DNA of 63,984 nt, filler included, from Octopus bimaculoides (Eukaryota): NCBI RefSeq assembly GCF_001194135.2. It is 6 parts of 5 records of this genome, joined end to end, with 100 filler letters (N's around TTAATTAATTAA, not from the genome) between each part and the next. Parts side by side here need not be neighbours in the genome. Positions count along the whole stretch, not along the records: positions 10,667 to 40,513 come from NC_068983.1; 5 more parts are not named here. One strand, 5' to 3'. Below the pieces are notes generated by a model that was given only the letters and a program-made list of their open reading frames with translations, had not been told where the DNA came from and did no database searches. How positions within the stretch are numbered: the first letter of the stretch is position 1; the number at the start of each line of letters is the position of its first letter. Made by a program: the position numbers and the translations under genes. Of the stretch, positions 11,089 to 24,891 are shown piece after piece.

Positions 11089-13089
11089 CATTATTATTAT
11101 TGGATTTCATTCTCTTTCCGCGGTAAAATCCAATAATGATGTTAGAAATGATTATTGAATTTCTGAAGCCGTGTCTTGAAGCAGCTCCTGTTTTAATTTG
11201 TTTTAATATTTGTTTTCTGTAACGTAACTTAGATTTACTGGGTTGTATTTTATTGTTATTACGTCAAACAAGAGGAGGATAGCTTAATTGTTATATATGT
11301 TCCCGGTTTGCGAAAAGGTATTTTTGTTAATTGCTATTTCTTTCTACCTCTACGGTAGAAATTCATTTCAATATGGCTACGACAACGACGACGGTTGGAT
11401 AAGATTTGTATAACGTTGGTAGATAATTTACTTCTTTGAGGAAGGAAAAAGCGAAAGAAACCTTGAATCTTGAATATTGGGAAGAGCAGCAATTCCAAGA
11501 TTAACACAACTACAACAATAAACTTTACACGGTGTGAACAATAATTATTTCTGATTCAGAGACAAGAATTTCGAGAGGTTGGTATTTGGCAGATTACATC
11601 GACCCCAACATTTGACTGACACTTTGTTATATTGACCCCGGGAGATAAAAGGTAAAGTTAACCTCGCCGAACAATTGAACTCAGAATGTAAAGAGCCGAA
11701 ACAAATACCGATAAGTATTTTGTTCGACGCCATAACCTTTCTCCTGGTTCTACAATGTCTGACTCCTTCTCCCAACTATACATTGTGTGCTGTCTTCAAC
11801 AAAATTTTCTGCAAATTCTTCCAACCCTCGCCCGTTTTTACACGGGCTGAAAAATATTGTTGAAAACTATAACTTGCAGACAAGAAATTTATAGCATTAC
11901 TGGTTTTCAAATTTTGGTTTTCAAACAACGCCAGCGAGTTCTTAGGAGAGGAATATGTCGATTACATCGACTCCAGTATTCAACTAGTACTTATTTTATC
12001 GATTCCGAAAGGATGAAAGGCAAAGTCGACCACAGCGATATTTGAACTCAGAACGTAGCGACGGGCGAAATGCCGCTAAGCATTTCGCCCGGCGTGCTAT
12101 CTATCCTGTCAGCTCGCCACCTTAAATTTATAGCATTATTATCCTACATATTTAAGGTAGCGAGCTGGCAGAATCGTTAGCACACCGGGCAAAACCCTTA
12201 ATAGCATTTCGCCCGTCTTTACATTCTGAGTTCAAACTCCGCTGAGGTCGATAAAATGAATACCAGTCGAGTACTGAAGTCAATATAATCGACTTACCCC
12301 TCTCTCGAAATTGCTGGCCCTGTACCAAAATTTTAAATCATTATTATCCTACATATGTCCGAGTAAATTTGTTATCTGGCAAAATTTTAAATGTCTCATT
12401 CCAACTGATGCAAAAGTGCGCAATACCACATGATCCGTTCCTGTTTCTCTACCCCAGCAGAAATCTATCCTCCACCCACCTCTATTCCAGAAGTGGTCTC
12501 GCTTACTCTTTCTATAACAGTGATTTCGTGTTTGTAGTTTGACAGAGGCATTTTGTTGAAGTTGTTCGGTATTCGAGCGACAGCTCCCAGATTTTAGCGC
12601 CCTAAGCCACTATTTAGTTTGCCTGGTTTGTAGTGCTGACCCTCGGTTGAACATCAAGCATCAAAACAACCTGAAAGTGATTAACGGATACGCATGAAAG
12701 AAACAAAATCGTTTGAAACGTAAGAGTATTTTAACAATACATTTACAAATACATAAACAGACATCACAAAACAGAGAATATTTACATAAACTCTAAATCA
12801 AAGCAAAACATAACAAAGAAAACCGGAAGTAGCGCCATTATCTATCCTTTATATTCGTAGCCTTGCACTGAATTTGAACAACATACGCAAACGCAAGCAA
12901 TTCACACACAAAATGTGCAACCGTAACCAAGAGAAACGATATACTTCACTTGTAACAGAATGCAAAACTCGCTAAACATGCTACAATACAGTACTAACAA
13001 CCTAAACATTTTAAGTTTTTATGAAGTAAAGAGAATAGTTATCATACACAACATTCGTGTTGGTTCAATGTAAATTAGAAGCGCGATAT

Positions 13090-13477
13090 TGTTGTTGTCG
13101 GCACTCCGTCACTAACGACGACGAGGGTTCCAGTTGATCCGATCAACGGAACAGCCTGCTCGTGAAATTAACGAGCAAGTGGCTGAGCACTCCACAGACA
13201 CGTGTACCCTTAACGTAGTTCTCGGGGATATTCAGCGTGACACAGTGTGACAAGGCTGACCCTTTGAATTACAGGCACAACAGAAACAGGAAGTTAGAGT
13301 GAGAAAAAGTTGTGGTGAAAGAGTACAGCAGGGTTCGCCAACATCCCCTGCCGGAGCCTCGTGGAGCTTTAGGTGTTTTCGCTCAATAAACACTCACAAC
13401 GCCAGGTCTGGGAATCGAAACCGCGATCCTATGACCGCGAATCCGCTGCCCTAACCACTGGGCCATTGCGCCTCCAC
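13090..13477 (-). mobile_element. Full-length tRNA-derived SINE (family A, head GGAGGCGCAATGGCCCAGTGGTTAGGG)
   Basis: A box TGGCCCAGTGG and B box GTTTCGATTCC, with a (CAA)n tail. The 13-bp TSD is AGAAGCGCGATAT (13077-13089) / AGAAGCGTGATAT (13478-13490). Other copies lie at ~9590-9700, ~24605-24715, ~35182-35496 and ~51100-51425. Confidence 0.9.
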
Positions 13478-13621
13478 AGAAGCGTGATATAGAATATCTC
13501 AAATCCCCCAATGACTTCTGTGAGGAAGGATAGATCAAACCATGGTGGTTAACCGTGTTTTGATTTAATAATAAACAGGAAAATATTTATAAACCATACG
13601 TGATGTACATAAGAATATATA

Positions 13622-13819
13622 TTGGATTGTCCGGAAAGTTCGTGCCGATTTGTAGTAGCTTACCTTTCGACTTATTTGCCATGAAACCACCTCAATTCTG
13701 GGAAGAGGGTATTTTCAAGTTAAAGGAAAGATGGAGACGCATTGTGCAACAAAATGGTTCATATTTATTGACCTTTTACTTTTCTTTAGAAATCGGCACG
13801 AACTTTCCGGACAACCCAA
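13622..13819 (+). mobile_element. Internally deleted mariner element (MITE-sized)
   Basis: TIRs TTGGATTGTCCGGAAAGTTCGTGCCGATTT / AAATCGGCACGAACTTTCCGGACAACCCAA, with TA on both sides. The interior encodes the mariner C-terminus FWEEGIFKLKERWRRIVQQNGSY. Confidence 0.9.
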
Positions 13820-15039
13820 TACATCCAGCACAAAGCCTAAATGACAATCGATCATAAGTAGGATACGATTGCACACCAAAAATGCAAGCATTCGAAATAA
13901 CAGCGAACATTTCTAAATACATTAGCAAAAATAGACAAATACATACTCTCTGCCAACCGCCCTTCCAAATTATAGACCAAAATAACATCATTGGTACAAA
14001 GCAAATACAGACAATCCAAAATATGAACACAAAAGGACTACACACAAGTAACCTTTAAGTCTTGAATAAGCCAAACTAATACATCGCACCAAGCTAACAA
14101 CACTAGTTTATTATTGCGGATTATATTAATCTTACCTGGAACCCAGTCTTTTCTCTGCGCGCTTACAAACTAGCGTACTATGGTTTGTTGTTTTTCAAAC
14201 GAGTATTTGACCTTCGCAATATCACTTAACGATGTCGGCAGGCAAAGCTATTGGATTATAAATTAGAGGGTTTAATATTTTGTCAGCTTTGTGAAGTATG
14301 ATGATTTATTCCTCGGTGAATCATTCAAATGTTTGTTTGTTTGTTTGTTTGTTTTTTTTTTGGTGACAATTTTTGAAAGTATTTGGTGATAGTCGTTTGG
14401 TATTTTATCTAGAAGTTTGGCACTTCCACATTCTCTGGTTCTTTTCTATCAGAATGTTTTACACGGGGCGTTCTCAGAACGACTGATATGTGCTATATAA
14501 TGTGCGTTGAGAACTACTTACACGTTGGTGTTTTGAGGACAATTGGCATGTTCTACACGAGTGTTTTGTGACTAATATAGCTGTTACATAAATTATATAA
14601 TTTATCCTGGTGGTTATATGATTGCAGCTGTTGAAAGAATACGTTTCTGTTTTTGGTACAAAATTTTCGTTAAGTTTTAAGTTTTAGCACGCCTTCTTAG
14701 CCCATAAAATGTTCCTTTACCGATTTTAATTTTTTTAATTCCATCTTTAGATTATTGTTTTGTTCAAAATATCCAGCTTTGGAACATTCTATTTTAGTCA
14801 TTACTTGCATTCATATTTTCGATGATGTGGTTCTTCATTATATGAAAGCTCAGTAAAACCAGTAAATTTTTTCAGGTTACTCAGAAGCAACATAGTATAT
14901 ACAAAGGTAGATGTTAGGATATATATCAACAAAGTTTGGTCAGCACTTAGATGTTTCAACATAATTTTAAAATGTAAACTCTCACAGAAAAGTAAATTTT
15001 ACACAGTTGTTGAATCTGTTTTGTTTTTTGACACTTCCG

Positions 15040-15410
15040 CCCGGACATTAACGAGAAGGCTTGAAATATGCTGGATAGCACCTATATGTACATACTTCAT
15101 TCTAATTTAAATGCGTCCTGGAATGAACACCGCACCAATAGAATATACAATAAGCTTCCTGAAGTATCAGAAGCCATTAGTAAGTGAAGAGTTTGCTTTG
15201 CTGAACACTGGAGGTGTAAGAAAGAACAGGTTAATAGCACCTGGGCACGGCTATAATCGTATTAATCGCCCCGCAGAGTCATACATCGATCGGTTAACAG
15301 ATGACATTGGATGTTATCGAGAGGAATTATCACATGCCATGGTAAATACAGATCTGTGAAGAATCAAGGCCATGTAAATCTGAGACCAGGCTCTTCCCAG
15401 TGAGGACGAA
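15040..15410 (+). mobile_element. RTE-clade LINE 3' fragment (decayed)
   Basis: LNASWNEHRTN...LPEVSEAI..RVCFAEH and NRPAESYIDRLTDDIG resemble the RTE RT C-terminal motifs W.DH.TN..LY..LP..S..RRL.FAGH and GRP..TYIDQL..D.G. Confidence 0.65.
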
Positions 15411-16567
15411 GTTTTGATTTGGTTCTTCTTCGAGGAATATTCTCAAAGTATATGGCCGTAAATAACATGTTATTAAACGCTAAATCACATCTGATCCAGG
15501 AGATATATCATTACCAAAATCATTTCCATCTTTCTTTTATCTTTATTTTGTTTTGTTTTTCAGACTCTGTCTCTGAGATCACCTTGTTCAATGCTTATTT
15601 CTATTTAATAAAAATGGTAAGATATTATTCAAGGTAAAAATGCGGCTGGTATTTATTGTAGGTTGAGCAACTGTGTAGAAACTCTTACGAACGCTTATGG
15701 CTTACTGGTGTTTCATTTTATTTGCTTGTGTATGCATGCAATCGTGCATGTGTGTATGCGTGTGTGTTTGAATGAGCGCATGCGCACGCTAATTCTATCG
15801 TCGAGATTTTTGTGTCATCTTCATCCTCACCACCACTAACACCACCATCACCACCACATCATATGTCAAAATACCTTTTCTTCACAGCAAGATCTCTAAA
15901 TCAAGCAGCGATTATAGATGCATATCTACCAGCTTCTTTCTCATCTCTTTTCCAGCCGCATCAATCCTCTTATTACGCAGTTGATTGTTTGCCGCTGCCA
16001 GCTCCTTGAACTAAATAACCTTTTTGAGCCGGGAAAATCTCTTTTATCTTTAATTGAAATGTTCGGTTATCTGCTTTAAGTATAATGACATTTCAGATGA
16101 CCTTTCTAAATATGGCCATGTTTGATTGTATTAACAAATACTGTCCGTCTTTTTGTAAGCCTGTATATGTCTGTGTAAGCGCATGTGAGTGTTTTTAAAG
16201 ATGTATGTGTATATGTGTATGTGTGTGGGGGGTTTAAAGACACTTATACATAGATACTCACAGACACACACGCACGCAGTTACACACATTCACAAACGTA
16301 CAAAAGTATACATATATCTTAGCATATATTTACTACTTGTTAAAATATCCGTGTGTGTGCGCGCGCGTGTATATATGCATGCATATCTGTACATATACAC
16401 ACACACATATATATATGCATATATTTAGATATAAGTACACACACTCATATATGCATATAGGTATACTTACACGTGCATATATTTATGTGTGTGCGTGTGT
16501 CTGTGCATCTTATATATATATATATATATATATACAAATATAAATATGTGTATACGTATGTTTTTGT

Positions 16568-16610
<43 letters not shown>

Positions 16611-16830
16611 TACACATATATGTTTATGCATGTATGTCTTTGTGCCTNNNNNNNNNNTATACACACACATACACATATATGTTTATGCATGTATGTCTTT
16701 GTGTCTGTATTCGTGGATGAGTCCATGTATAGATAGATAGATAGATAGATAGACAGACATACAGAAAGAAAGACAGACAGACGTGAATGTTCATGTGAAT
16801 ACATGAGTATGTTCGTGTATGTAGACATTA

Positions 16831-16987
<157 letters not shown>

Positions 16988-17107
16988 GTATTTGTAATAC
17001 ATTGTATGGCGAATGGACTCATATTGAATCAGTTCTATTTAAATTTTTGTATAGGGGGTGTACATTAAATTTTCTAGGTCTTTTTAATCTATGCCATTGA
17101 TTATATA

Positions 17108-17143
<36 letters not shown>

Positions 17144-17284
17144 TGTGTGTGTGTGCGTGTGTACATACATAAATATATACATATATACACAGGGAACCAC
17201 ACATATACATACACATCTACATGCAGACGTATTGACAAACACACGCACACACCCATGTTTATAAGTCGGGTGTATGCATGTATG

Positions 17285-17315
<31 letters not shown>

Positions 17316-18405
17316 GTGTGTGTATATATAAAAACTTGAGGTTATTGTGAAGCATTGTATGGATTATATGAACAGATTTGAAAGCCATATGAATGCAATT
17401 TCGTTTTTTTTTTTTTTTTTTTTTTTTTTTTGTAATTTTCGATTTCAGAAAATCTCTTTCATAAATTTATAGTAATGCGTTCAAATGTTTTTTAAAATTT
17501 ATGTAGACATTTCCTGTCCATTAACCGTTGTAGCATTCGACGTCTGCAGTACGTTGCTGTATCGGTGAATTACATGAAAAAAAAAAAATGTTATCACGGT
17601 TATTTTTCTGCTCCTGAAGGCCACCTTTTTGCTGTAACACCGAAAAGAAACAAAAAAACAAAAAAGAAAAAAGAAAAAAAAACACTGCTGTAACAGCTTT
17701 TCACCGATATGTAGCCATCGATGACGTCTAATGAGCAGAAACCTTCGAATTTATTTTTCTTGCTGGTTCATGCCCCTAAAAGTATTAGCAAACACCCAAT
17801 GTGTTTATTCTGACGTGGAATATATTGGAAATAACTAGGCTCATATTTTTATTACATAAACCTGTAGACCAACACCGCTTTATAGATAAAATTATCTATT
17901 ATTCAAATTTCCGACATAAAAGTCGTATTTTTCAGATCAAAATTTACAGCCAAAATGTAAGTCGACATATACACCAAAACGACGATTTTGGAGGACCAAA
18001 AATTCCATGTTGTATGCAGTAGGATTTGGAAAGATAGTGACGATGAATTACATGAACAAATGGAAAACACGACAAGTAACATAAAGAATGACTCTTCGTC
18101 AGTTGTCGGCTGTTCATCTACTCCACATTTCGAGCAATTAACGACAATATGAGGCTTTGAAAAACAGTGGCTCCCGCAAACCAAGATAAAATTTGCGATG
18201 TGCGGAGGGTCAAAGCTGCTAACAAAAACAGGACAGTGAAGACATACAACAAACCAAACGAAAACAAACATGGAGGGCCGTTAGGCCAAACGAGGTAAGG
18301 TAGCGAACGCTTACTTCTACTACTACTGCTGCTGCTACTGTTACAGATGCTACGCCTATGTAACATATGAAAAAGAGAACATGGAATTCACGAGATCTTT
18401 TATTG

Positions 18406-18481
18406 ATCATTACGATCGTTTCGACTCCTTGCGGGTGAGATTCTGTGCATCATTCGGTGCAGATGTGCCTCGTCAGGTGAC
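18406..18481 (-). ncRNA. Near-intact minimal type I hammerhead ribozyme with a 41-nt stem II loop
   Basis: Minus-strand RNA: GUCAC-CUGACGA-GGC(41 nt)GUC-GAAA-CGAUCG-UA-AUGAU. The core is intact, stem III is the palindrome ACGAUCGU and the triplet is GUA. Stem I has 4 bp after one A.C mismatch. Confidence 0.7.
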
Positions 18482-18720
18482 TTTTCAAAAGTCACTCATT
18501 AAGCTCGGTTTCGCTTAGTTCAATTATAATATATTTCGTTATTTGCCTGTAGCTGGTGGTGCTCAGGGGAAATCATGGTTTAGAATGACTTGGAATGATG
18601 TACAGCTCTTTTTATAGGTAATGAACCTACTTTTAAATGATTATAAATAAAATACGTATATACAAACCATAAATTTTTTTAAATGTACAAAAATGTACAT
18701 AGGTGCAGGGGTGGATGTAT

Positions 18721-18885
18721 AGGCGTAGGAGTGGCTGTGTGGTAAGTAGCTTGCTTACCAACCACATGGTTCCCGGTTCAGTCCCATTGCGTGGAACCTT
18801 GGGCAAGTGTCTTCTACTTATAGCCTCGGGCCGACCAAAGCCTTGTGAGTGGATTTGGTAGACGGAAACTGAAAGAAGCCCACCG

Positions 18886-18927
<42 letters not shown>

Positions 18928-19190
18928 CATACACACACATATATGTATGTGTGTGTGTGCGTGTGTGCGCCTGTGTGTGTTTATGTGTCTGCGTTTGTCC
19001 TCCCATCATCGCTTGACAACCGATGTTGGTGTGTTTATGTACCCGCAACTTAGCGATTCGGCAAAAGAAACCGATAGAATAAGTACTAGGCTTACGAAGT
19101 ATAAGCCCAGAGGTCGATTTGTTCGACTAAAGGCAGTGCTCCAGCATGGCCGCAGTCAAATGACTGAAACAAATAAAAGAATAAAAGAAT
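18721..19190 (+). mobile_element. Full-length tRNA-derived SINE (family B, with internal TA/TG microsatellite)
   Basis: Head AGGCGTAGGAGTGGCTGTGTGGTAAG...GGTTCAGTCC, then CCTTGGGCAAGTGTCTT, an internal (TA)n(TG)n tract, and tail ...GACTGAAACAAATAAAAGA. It is colinear with the other copies listed. Confidence 0.9.
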
Positions 19191-19371
19191 AACCAGCTAC
19201 AGGCAAATAACGAAACGTATTATATTGGAACAAAGTGAAACGAGTTTAATGAGTGAGGTACCTTTTGAAAAGTCACCTGACGAGGCACACAAGAAAAACG
19301 GTATTTCATTTCTCGACACTACAGTGGGAGTGCATATAAATACTAAAAAAAACTAGTTAGGGTTTTATTTT

Positions 19372-19459
<88 letters not shown>

Positions 19460-20412
19460 TGTGTGTGTGTGTGTGTGTGCGTGTGTCTGCATTTGTCCCC
19501 ACCACCGCTTGACAACCGGTGCTGGTGTGTTCACATTCCCGTAACTTAGCCGTTCGGCAAAAGATCCCGATAGAATAAATACCAGGCTTAAACGAAAATA
19601 AGTACTGGGTTGATTCGCTCGGCTAGAATGTTTCAAGGTGGTGCTCCAGCATGGTCGCAGTCACATGACTGAAGCAAGTAAAAAATACTGTCCATAGGAC
19701 TCGATCCCACATGTCTTGGGAACATGAGAGATGCGCTATCATTATACCACAGCAACACTTCCATAGGTCTCGAAGTCCCTAAATTCTTACGATGTAAACA
19801 TCAATTAATAATTACAATAATTAATAACGATTTCAAATTTTTGCCACAAGGGTAGCTTGGTGGAATGAGATTAAAACGATTACATCGACCCCAGTGCGTA
19901 ACTGGTACTTATTTAATCGAACCCGAAAGAATGAAAGACAAAGTCGACCTCGGCGGAATTTGAACTCAGAACATAGCGACGGGTGAAATACCGCTAAGCA
20001 TTTCGCTCGGCGCGCTAACGATACTGCCTTACAATAATTAGTAACTGTACAATAAATGATAACCAAAGAGAAACTATTTTGAGGTAATTATCCTGGAATA
20101 CAGTTGTCGTGATGCCAACCCAAATATGCCTCCACTGTCGAATCGAAACCAACGTGTACTTTAAATTCACAGCGAGACTACATTTATATATATAAAGCTG
20201 TGAGTGAGTATGTTTATTCAATAACAAGAAAAATTGATTTAAGAATATTTGCAAATCAAATAATGATTATTGAATAAGTAAACTGAACAGAATCGCTAAA
20301 CATCTTTGAAAATTGAAATTCAATGACAATGTGCCACAACTAAGAACATCTTGGCAGAACCACAGCACGAGTGAAAAGGTCATGAAAAATTCAGAACTAA
20401 GTTATTCCATTG

Positions 20413-20414
<2 letters not shown>

Positions 20415-20479
<65 letters not shown>
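20415..20479. repeat. (GA)n microsatellite running into a gap
   Basis: Direct reading. Confidence 0.97.
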
Positions 20480-20919
20480 NNNNNNNNNNNNNNNNNNNNN
20501 NNNNNNNNNNNNNNNNNNNNNNNNNNNNNNNNNNNNNNNNNNNNNNNNNNNNNNNNNNNNNNNNNNNNNNNNNNNNNNNNNNNNNNNNNNNNNNNNNNNN
20601 NNNNNNNNNNNNNNNNNNNNNNNNNNNNNNNNNNNNNNNNNNNNNNNNNNNNNNNNNNNNNNNNNNNNNNNNNNNNNNNNNNNNNNNNNNNNNNNNNNNN
20701 NNNNNNNNNNNNNNNNNNNNNNNNNNNNNNNNNNNNNNNNNNNNNNNNNNNNNNNNNNNNNNNNNNNNNNNNNNNNNNNNNNNNNNNNNNNNNNNNNNNN
20801 NNNNNNNNNNNNNNNNNNNNNNNNNNNNNNNNNNNNNNNNNNNNNNNNNNNNNNNNNNNNNNNNNNNNNNNNNNNNNNNAGACGAAATATCGCTAAGCAT
20901 TTCGCCCGGCGCGCTAACG

Positions 20920-21156
20920 TTTCTTGTTTCTTTATTGCTCACAAGGGGTTAAACATAGAGGGGACAAACAAGGACAGACAAAGGGATTAAGTCGATTACA
21001 TCGACCCCAGAGCGTAACTGGTCCTTAATTTATCGACTCCGAAAGGATGAAAGGCAAAGTCGACCTCGGCGGAATTTGAACTCAGAACGTAACGGCAGAC
21101 GAAATACTGCTAAGCATTTCGCCCAGCGGGTTAACGTTTCTGCCAGCTCGCCGCCT
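20920..21156 (-). mobile_element. tRNA-derived SINE family C (head AGGCGGCGAGCTGGCAGAAACGTT; central GTCGACTTTGCCTTTCATCCTTTCGG domain)
   Basis: B box GAGTTCAAATTCC. About 18 related copies lie at ~11570-12345, 19820-20030, 22105-22335, 23630-24055, 26280-26515, 33000-33430, 37918-38300, 42215-42432, 44610-44825, 48490-48635, 50570-51000 and 54140-54352. Confidence 0.88.
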
Positions 21157-22388
21157 AACACTAAGAGTATATCGAGGCGTCAATGATATCTCAACAACTA
21201 ATTAGTAACAATAGAACTGCTGCTAAGATTGAATATATCAGTATTGCAAGATTGTGTCATATGCTGTAGAGTGAAAGCTATAATTAATCTCAGCCGACAT
21301 TAATTGAATCATCACTGGACGTAATAGAATGTTAATAACGTTATATGTTTCATTTAGAACACATGAGCAGTATAGTGGAGATGAAAATCATCGAAGTAGA
21401 CATAAAATTGTTATAGTTTAGTAGCAAAGTTACTCCTAACCTCACTTGGCCCTTTAAAGCTGTGTTTAGACTGATGCACTTAGTCCAGCTTTACTGATTT
21501 TGTGACTCAACTGTTCTTAAATGAAATCTATTTCAGACACTTTAACGTACTTTCCTTTCATTCTCCCTTCCTTTCTTTCTTTTTTCCTTCTTTCTTTCTT
21601 TCCTGTTTTGCTCTCTGACTTCTTTCTATCTTTCTTTCTTCCTCACTCGCTCCCTCTCTTCCTTCTTTATTTTATTTGTTGTGCGGTTTCGATTCTAGCT
21701 TTCATGTAGCTCCTTCTCGTACATCTTTTTTTTTTTTTATGTTTTTCCTTTTCTTTAACATGATTAACTCCTGTCACTTGCAATGTCTTCTCAAGCTAAA
21801 CCAAAGACCTAATTTCCAGCAAAACAACACTGCTTATTTTCATATTTGTTTTATTTAATTCACAAGTATGAAACTTCGGATTATTATATGAAAAGACGAC
21901 GAAGAAGTATAGAAAACGGTAGAGAAGTGGCTATAATATCTCTCGGAATTTAGTTTGAGGTCTCTAACCCTTTGAGTTAAAATCCCTCAAGGGCGAGGAT
22001 GGGGTAACTTTGTCTTTCATATTACTAGGGCCCATAGCCTACGTAGATGTAATGCATTGGTAGTATATTCAGTCAGCAATGCCCTTTATATTATAAACTT
22101 TGTTCCAATGTTAGAAATTATTGATTTTAAATTTTGGCACAAAGCCAGCAATCTGAAGGGAAGTACTAAATCGATTACATCGACCACAGTGCTCAACTGG
22201 TACTTATTTTATCGGCCCCAAAAGAATAAAAGGCAAAGTCGGCCTTGGCAGAATTTGAACCCGGAACGCTAAGACGAATGAAACTCCGTTAAGCATTTTG
22301 CCCGGCTTGCTAACGATTCTGCTATCTCACCGCTCTTCCAGAGTAAGAAATTATTATTAAGGAAAATATATTAGGTAGTTGTGATATC

Positions 22389-22752
22389 TTTTATTTATTT
22401 CAGTCTGCGGTCATGCTGGAGCATCCGCTTTGAAGAGTTTTAGTCGAACAAATCGATTCCAGTACTTATTTTTTTTTAAGTCTGGTACTTATCCAATCGG
22501 ACTCTTTTTACCAAATCACTAAGTTATGGGGACGTAAACACACCAACACCGGTTGTCAAACGGTGGAGAGACAAACACACACATACATATGTACAACGCG
22601 ATTCTTTCAATTTCCGTCAACCAAATCCTCTCAGAAGGCTTAGGCCGACTCGGGGCTATAGTAGAAGGCATTTGCCCAAGGTGCCACGCAGTAAGACTGA
22701 ACCCGAGACCATGTGGTTGAGAAGCAAGCTTCTTAACACACGGCTATGCTTT
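22389..22752 (-). mobile_element. SINE family B copy
   Basis: Reverse complement of the family B head and tail. Confidence 0.8.
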
Positions 22753-24891
22753 CACCTACATTTGTCAAAGTTATTAGGAGCGTGGGAGAATCGGTACGGT
22801 TCCATAGAGAACTTGAAACTGAGTGAGGTCGAAGACCTGGTACAGTAGGAATTTATCATCACACCCCTCCGTTTTTAATACATAAATTTAGATTAATGAG
22901 AAATTTTGTTTTGTTGTTTTTTTTTAAATCTCTCTTTATTTTATTCTTCAATATTGGAAAACTTCGGGGAAATATAAAAAGGAAGGAAAGCAATATAAAA
23001 AATCGCAACAACACAAGAAAGAACTTTTAATATAGAAATTATTTTCCTTCAAACTTATTTGCAAAATGCCGAATGAATAAATGTATAGCGTCAAATATAT
23101 AGCTAGCCAACCTTTTACGAGACAAAACAATACTCGGAAGACATTTAAAAAGAAGAAAAAATACTCCTATTTCACACAAAATATTTTTTTATAGCCAGCA
23201 TTGCAATACATTGTCTTTAGTCATAAGACGGAAGAATTTTTTCTTTAATATAAGAATGTATATAAATAAGAAATTTCTAATTACTTACAGGTGAAATTAT
23301 CTACGAACAAGTCTGGAATTTCAGAATTGATTACTTTGGTCAGATCATTCACGAGGTCTTACGCAAAGACGTCTATTTATTTATTTATTTATTTATTTAT
23401 TTATTATGAAATGTCAGAGTTACTCGGTAGCAATACGAACAATAGGAAGAGATCTTGTCAGGGGTCTGTTAAAAAAATAGCTGATATATATCGAGAAAAA
23501 AAAAACAAATAAAAACAGATAAGGTAATTTTAGGCGATTAACTCACCTAATCAGATTGCTTAGAATTTTTGGTTGGTTTGAGGGTGGGATGAAGTTGGCT
23601 CTTGTAAATAAATAATCACAATATAAGAATGCGTGAAAGCGGCGAACTGGCAAAATCGTGACCACGTCGTTCACCTTTACGTTCTGCGTTCAAATTCCGC
23701 CGACATCGACTTTGCCTTTCATCCTTTCGAGGTCGACAAAATAAGTATTTCGATCTAATCAACTTATCTCCTACCCCAAAATTGCTGACCTTGTGCCAAA
23801 TTTTGAAACCAACATATGAACGTGTGTGCGTGTATGTTAGGCGATAAGCTGGCAAAATTGTTAGCACACCGGGAAAAATGCTTAGCGGTATTTCGTCCGT
23901 CTTTAAATTCCGTGTTCAAATTTCACTGAAGTCAACTTTGCCTTTCATCCTTTCGAGATCGATAAAATAAGTCGTAGTTGAATACTGGTGTCGACCTCAT
24001 CAACTTACCCACTCCACCGAAATTGCTGGCCTTGTGCCAAAATTTGAAACCAATATAAGAATGTGTGCCTACGAACATGCGCTAGTTATTTCCTGTTATA
24101 ATAAAAATAAATGCGCTCTTTTAAAGCCTCGCCAGGTTCATGGGCCCGGTTTCTATGGCGTATGTGTTCCCCAGCTGGACGGGACGCCAGTCCATCGCAG
24201 CGTTACTCATTTTTTGCCAGCTAAGTGGACTGGAGCAACGTAAAATGAAGTGTTTTGCTCAAAAATACAACGCGTCGCCCGGTCTAGGAATCGAAACCAC
24301 AGTCTTACGATCATGGTGCCGACACCCTAACCACTTAGCCACGCGCCTCTACATTTCCTGTTAATAATGGTTTGTTATTTAGGTACAAGGCCAGCAAGTC
24401 TGAGAGGCTAGTTTTAGTTTCTTCGACTCCAGAATTTGACTAATAATTTGTTATCCACTCCAAATGAACGAAAGGCAGGGTTGATTTCAGTGGGATTTGA
24501 ACTCATAGTCGGTACAAACATTGCAAAGCAATTTTTTTTTCCGACGCTTTTAACGATCTTGCCAGCTCGCATGCTAAAAATGTCTCACATATGTAATAGA
24601 GTGTGGATGCGCAATGGTCCAGTGCTTAAGGCAGCAGACTCGCGGTCGGAGGATCGCGGTTTCGATTCCCAGTCCGGGCGTTGTGTGTGTTTATTGAGCG
24701 AAAACACCTAAAGCTAAAATAAGTACCACACTTAAAAAAAAAGTCCTGAAATCAATTTGTTCCATTAAGCTCTTCAAAGCGGTGCACCAGCATGGCCGCA
24801 GTTCAATGGAGTAAAAGATAAATACAATTGGTCACCAGTTATTATTTATTTTAGACACTGCTTTTAGCGTACTGTATCCATTACCATAAAA

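Noticed and set aside
23291-23410. Candidate exon after ttctaattacttacag (EIIYEQVWNFRIDYF...)
   Set aside because: The acceptor is plausible, but there is no convincing donor or homology. It needs RNA-seq or tBLASTn.
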